A stretch of DNA of 41,369 nt, taken from positions 124,001 to 165,369 of the forward strand of contig QPGO01000165.1 of the NCBI GenBank assembly GCA_008632985.1. Direction: 5' to 3'. Positions within the stretch are counted from its first letter, which is position 1. Each line of letters begins with the position of its first letter. This DNA comes from Psammoneis japonica (taxonomy: Eukaryota). The notes under the pieces were generated by a model. The model was not told the DNA's origin. It saw only the letters and a program-made list of their open reading frames with translations, and did not search any database. Shown one piece after another: positions 35,760 to 41,369 of this stretch. A program made the position numbers and the translations under genes.

Positions 35760-36565
35760 TGCCACCAGCGCCAGACGTGCATTGCTGCCCTCTGTGTGTC
35801 TTGTGGTTCTGGGAGCCTGCAAACTCAAGTTGGGCATCTCAGCTGGTGCAGCTTGGCAAACCATCTTGATTGGAGCCTGGCATGCAGACAACACTGTTGC
35901 CAAGAGCAGCTCTGCAGGGGAGGAGGGAAACATGCAGAAATGTTTTGCAGGAGCCATTCTGTCAATGGTGGCTGGGGCAGCCTGGGTTGTGGGAACTTTC
36001 TTTTGATGGGAGCCATGCAGCCACAGCAAGAGAAGATGTTTTTGTGATTGAGCATCTGACAGACATGGTTTGGACACAGAGAGCTGTCCTCTGCTCAAGC
36101 TCCAGTGAGCAGCATGCTCCAAAGGTGACATTGCACACATGCTTGTGCATCAAAACATGCGCCTCTTGCTTCAGACCCCATGTGCAGCACGGCTGTGTGG
36201 AAAGGCGCTTGTTGCAGGCACATCTCACAGGAGGTTTCATGCTTGGCTCTCAACCTTGGTTTTAATTTCTCAGCTGGCAGCTCAGCAAACAGTCTCAACT
36301 GCAGCTTGGTTTGTGGGTGGCGCTGTTGCCAAGAACCACTCTGGGGGGGACAAGCAGAAGGGTTTTGCAGGAGAGCTGTTTTGTCACGAGTGCTCAGGAT
36401 GGCCTGGGCTGCCGCAGATTTTGTTGATGAAAGCCAAGCAGCCACAGTGCAAGAGAAGATGATTTTGTGATTGAGCATCTGAATGACAAAGCCCAGGCAT
36501 GTGGAGAGTTGTCCACATGATCTCAGCTCCAGCAAGCAGCAGGTTCCAAAGGCGACATTGCACGG
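35760..36565. repeat. Degenerate tandem duplication (~425-bp period)
   Basis: TCTCAGCTGG...CTGTTGCCAAGA...TTTTGCAGGAG...CAAGAGAAGATG.TTTTGTGATTGAGCATCTGA...CCAAAGG.GACATTGCAC occurs at ~35835-36138 and ~36268-36563. Confidence 0.85.
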
Positions 36566-37047
36566 GCAAGTTCGTGTGCCAACAATGAGAAGCCTCAAGC
36601 TGTGAGAGTCATGAAAAAGCCATCAACCTCCCAACCAGCTGCGAGCCAGCCAAACCATGTGCCACTTGAGGGCCCAAGGCTCAAAACAAGAGGGGTGCAT
36701 CAACTCTCTTCTTGTTTTGTGTGCTCAAGAGCCTTTTGTTCTCTCTGCAAGTCTTTGGCATGTGCTCGCCTCTGTTGAGTAGAGTGTGGATTGAAAGGAT
36801 GCTGCAATGCCAGATGGGTTGATTTGTCTTTGCTGCAAAAGGTGTGCATTGTCCATTTTGATTGGATGCCCATGCAGAGAACTGAAAACCAGCATTGTTG
36901 CGAGCATTGAATGTAGAGAGAGAAAACCAATTGACATTTCCCAATGAACATGTAAATGCTGCAGTTAACTGGTCCAGAAAACACATGATGATTTCGCATT
37001 TGACATCCTGTTTTATCCACTCGATTTGCTTGTGCCTGCAACTCTAC

Positions 37048-37195
37048 ATTGTCAACCATTTGGCTGTCTTTGTGCCGAAGTAGAAATTTTAATTAGGGGA
37101 TTTTGTCAACCATTTGGCTGTCTTTGAGCCGAAGTAGAATTTTCAATTGTGGGATGTCGTTGACCATTTAGCTTGCTTTGGCTCAAAGCAATTTG
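37048..37195. repeat. 54-bp tandem repeat, about 3 copies
   Basis: GT(CA/TG)ACCATTT anchors at 37051, 37105 and 37159. Confidence 0.85.
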
Positions 37196-37616
37196 TTGAT
37201 GTGGGTCATGGGCTTGTCGTCAACCAGCCACGATCATGAAATCTTTGCCGAAAATCCGCGATGCCCAAAAGAACGTTGAGTGGATTCAAATGCCTCAGTT
37301 TTGAATGCTTGTTTCCATTGAAAACACAACCCAGATTGCTGCACATCTGCACATGCTTGTCTTTCTCTTTACGTCGCTCACTTTGTGTTGGCACCGCGTT
37401 GCCGCGTCAGAGCGTGTTGTTTGATTTTTTGTTTTCTTTCCCTCACTTTTGGCCTGTCAAAGGGATTGCCCTTGTTAAAATTGACCATTGTGCATTTGTC
37501 AGTCTACGAACATGTGGACAAACCTTAAAATCAACGCGAAGGGCCCATTTTTTTTTTGCACTGCGTGTCACATCCCATCTGACTGGACATTTGTGTCCCT
37601 GCCCAACCCGCGCTAC

Positions 37617-37710
37617 AGGAAGGGGTCATAAAATGTCCCCGAAGGCATTTTTGTCAAAATTCCAGAATCCGGATTCTGCCGCCTTCGGGACATAAAATGC
37701 ACCCTGCCCT
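37617..37710. repeat. ~94-bp hairpin (30-bp imperfect arms) with an internal perfect 16-bp palindrome; possible mini-MITE
   Basis: AGGAAGGGGTCATAAAATGTCCCCGAAGGC versus the reverse complement of 37681-37710, AGGGCAGGGTGCATTTTATGTCCCGAAGGC. CAGAATCCGGATTCTG at 37663-37678. Confidence 0.7.
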
Positions 37711-40700
37711 CAGCCCTCAGAGGGTGAGCGCTGAAACAATCGGTGGCACGCAAACAAGGACCTCCATTGACCTTGTGATGACTTCACAACATGTTGCAGC
37801 CTTGCCACTGTGCTGAATCACAACATGGCTGATTTCATTGATCCAGAAGCAGTTGAGTTCTCAGCACCAGACAGCGAGCATTGCTGACAAGACGATGCGA
37901 AACTGACAACTGCAATGGCTGGCAAGTCACTTGGCATGAGCACTGTGTTACAAAAAGCATGTTGTTGGCAAAGTTCTCAATGGTCACACACAAAACTGTG
38001 CATGCTTTGCAGCAATGCACTGCACTGTGCAGCAAGCGCTGCAAAGTGCAAGTGACAGCACACGTTGCATTTTTGCCAAGTGGTGTTTTGTCAAATGGCA
38101 GAAGCAGCTGTGTGTTTGCTGTGCATTGTGTTTCAAACTCTGTTGTGACATCCACTTTCAGCATCAACAAGAGTGACCACAACAGAGAACAAAATTTGCA
38201 CACTCCCTTTGCTGCAAAACCAACTCCATCATCTTGCTTGTGTCGAAAACTCTTCCGATTCTTGAATGAACAGTTCCGTCCATTGTGACCGCTGTCGCTG
38301 CCACTCCTGCCACTTGTCACACAGCCACAGCAGTTGGGCCTGCCACCACTGTGACGGCTGTCACTCAATGCCATTTGCCGTTCCAGGGATTTGGGCTGCT
38401 GCTCCTGCCAAGTTGGGTGGATTGTTGATTCCATCGGCAACGCGACAGTCAAGCCCGGTGGCCCAAGCCCAGCACTCACTTCACATGCTTGATGACAAGA
38501 ACAACCTGGCAGTCTTGAGCACCTTGAGACTTTCTGGAAACAGTTGGCTGAGTGCTTGTCAATCTGTTGAGAACAAACCGAAAATGCAGCGCAAGCGTGA
38601 GAAGCATTGGTCTGTCGGTTGGCAAGTTGAGTCTCATTGTTGGCATGTGGGTGTGTGGTTGGCAAGCATCGAAACCAAAAAGCAGTTCATGTCATTGACA
38701 ATCATGGTCACGAGCAAGCAATCTTGCCATTTTTGCAAACGTTTTGAGCAACCATTTTTCTTTGTTGCAGCTGTTTGCTCGCAGCGCAGCTTCTTTTTTG
38801 GCTGGCACAGCAGCAAAGCACCTCTCCCCTCTGCCTGCATGCCAGAGAGCCCACCACAATTTGGGAGAGTTTGTCAAGAGAAGAGCTTTTTTCCCATGAA
38901 GTGTTTCCACAGGGGGCGCCACTTTTGGGCTGTTGATTGGCACACATGTCAACTTGATTGAGCACCAAGATTGGTGCCAAGCATGGCACAGCAGCACGCA
39001 ATTCCATCAGCAAAGAACATCAGGCAAAGTCAACAATGCAAGTCCACCCATGTGCTCCTCAGAGAGTGCTTTGTCTCTGCAGGGTGGATGGCTAGTTAGA
39101 TTTGGCAAAGTTGCCTGATTTTGGCAAATTGAGAATCCCCACTTCCGGGTTACTTTGGGCGGCTTGGAACAGCCTGGTTGCTTGATTTTCACACATCATC
39201 ACCACGTGTCGTACGTACGAAGATGCGCGTTTTCACAGTGCATGACATCGCAACTTGAAGTGTGCATCCAATGCAACGCTCAATGAAACAACAAAAAGCC
39301 GCATCTCCCACCATGGGACTCGAATTTTATAAATCGATGGCCGCATCGTCAAGCAAGATGAGAGCACTGTCACAACACAATGAGACAGTGCTTGTTGCGA
39401 TGGTTGTGATGGATTTCTTGGCACTGTTGGCTGTCATGCCACATTTGGACATGCCAAAAACCAGTGTGTTTGCTGATTTCTGCAGGGTTCTCACGACCGC
39501 AGCACAAACATGTCTGCAATCGCTGGGTTCATTTCTGCTGCAGATGTGATCATTGGCATCTAAGGAACACACGCGTGCGAACAGCGTCAGATGCAGAAAA
39601 TGACAATTTGATTTCCAACGTCAACAATGCACCGTGTAGCATGACATGGCAAGGAGCAATGGAGTGTTTTTTTCAAAGAGAGAACAGGAGCTGATTTGTG
39701 CAGCAAACGCAACCATTGGATGCTGCAAACAATTGTTGGCACCTGTGACTCTCCCATTCGGGTCTTGGCAGTTTTGTCAACAGATGGTGTCATGCATCCG
39801 TCTCTTCAACATTTTTTGCTTCCTCATCAAAGCGACAGTTGCAACCACAAAGCCTCGTTCCTTGTCACCCCATGGTGTCAATGCAGCTTGGCTGCGTGAT
39901 GCAGCACGTGATGTGCTTTATCACGGGACAGTGCGTGAAATCCAACAGTGCAATGGACGGGAGCTCCGAACCATCGGCGATCGGATCTGAGATCAGATCA
40001 TCGAGCTCGTTCCAAATCCGTGCTCAAATGGATCGGAGCGGCTGTCCTTCCTTGCGTCTGTACGTCGTACGTACGGAAACTAAATTGGCCATTGATGGAC
40101 ACGCCAACCGGCCAACCACCCTGCAGAAGGGCAGTTTGTCATGTGGCCAGTGGGGCCCACTTGATGGTGCTGAGCAGCACACCACACACACAGAGGCAGG
40201 TCACATGAGAGACACACACACCAGAGCCAAGCGCAAGAAGCCCCACATTCTGCCATGTGGTCATGGTGTGGAAAGAAGAAGAGCAACAAAGGGTGGAAGA
40301 AGAAGAACATGAACAGAAAATGCTTGCGCTGCTGCTCACACGCATGTGTTGCAGCCACTGCTTTGCTTGGCCAGAGGCAGAGTGGCACACTGGGGCAAGT
40401 GGGGTGGGTGGTGGCACAATTGGGGTCCCCCCCCTGCTGGTGGGAGAGTGCGCACTTCGGTGAGCAAGAGTGCTCCAGCACTGACGAGCATTGCCTGTGC
40501 ATCCCAGTGCACAGAGGGCACCCACAAATGTGCGCCATTGTCAGCAACGCTGACTCACAGGGGGCACTGCAGCTGCTTGGCAAGACCATCAGCACAGTTG
40601 CCAAGAGCCCCAAGGCCCTGCAATGTCGTCAAAAAAAAGAAGACCCCATTTTGTTTTGACAACCAATCTTTCCAGGAGGAAAGAGGGGTTAGAGAAAAGG

Positions 40701-41369
40701 TGGAGAGTTTGTGACTGAACTGCTGGATAAGAGAGATTGGAGAGCCAACTGGTGTTGAAGCCTCAGAGGCCATGGAAGAGCCAGCAGGGGTGGCCACATG
40801 AGTTGTTGTGGCCACAGCAATGGAAAGAGCTGTGAACAGAGCAAAAAGAAAAAGAGAAGTCAGCTGCAAGCAAGAACTTGCTTTCCACTCATCAACACGC
40901 AACACAGCATTGATGAAAGAGAAGACTGCAAGCTCAGCTTGCTTCAGCTTGAGCGGTGCTCATGGCCACATGCGCTGCTTCTGTGGCATCGTGCAATGCC
41001 CCCAGAGAAATGCAGTTGTGTGAACCCCCTCCCCCACTGTCTCCTGTTGGTCTCTGATCTGTGCCAAAGTTGTGTGCCCTTGTTGCAAACTGAGTCATCC
41101 CCACTCTCTGCTTGTTGCACCCACAAGATTGTGGCCCCAAACAGGAGGTGGCACTCACACAGTGGAGGCAGGACTTTCAAGCAATTGACACAATCCTCCA
41201 ATGGGGCCAACGCACACTTGCCAGTGCATGTTGGATGCAGAAACTGCTGCAATGTGAGAAAGGTGGACATGTTGTTGCTTGCAAATCCCAGATGCATTGC
41301 AGAGAAAACAAATGATGGGGATGCTCCTCCACTGAATTTGGCCACCAAGACTGCTGCACACATGCACCC

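Noticed and set aside
1..41369. Hundreds of 60-280 aa ORFs on all six frames
   Set aside because: They overlap on both strands, are Tyr-poor and Cys/His/Trp-rich, and are expected once TAA/TAG are removed by TpA depletion. They are not treated as genes.
1..41369. Classical fungal RIP as the explanation for the composition
   Set aside because: RIP depletes CpA/TpG and enriches TpA; this window shows the opposite.
37835..41369. Long ORFs at 37835-38665, 38266-38961 and 40080-41363, including apparent Cys/His clusters
   Set aside because: No recognisable family motif; Cys/His enrichment is a predictable product of the TG/CA bias.

Overview
Eukaryotic, repeat-dense genomic DNA, most likely from a diatom or another stramenopile (inferred from the gene families present). 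Most of the window consists of decayed transposons, MITEs, tandem duplications and dead gene copies: a PIF/Harbinger transposase, a second DNA-transposase-like ORF, a possible Crypton-like recombinase, ankyrin, class-3 lipase and 1,3-beta-glucan synthase relics, and three copies of an unknown gene. The dominant signal is a region-specific mutational process: TpA is almost eliminated (TA->TG or CA) and CpG is variably lost (CG->TG or CA). Paired young and old MITE copies inside the window, and Tyr->Cys/His changes at conserved protein motifs, show this directly. Loss of TAA/TAG stops explains the very dense track of spurious Cys/His-rich ORFs. Normal-composition islands are two young MITEs (19374-19763, 21092-21647) and a ~4.2 kb block (about 31180-35410) carrying a prolyl 4-hydroxylase and a multi-SET-domain gene, both disrupted by ordinary indels or stops. 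Five insertions define a GAC...GTC-ended MITE group with 4-bp target site duplications. No clearly intact protein-coding gene, RNA gene or CRISPR array was found. All counts and alignments were done by eye.
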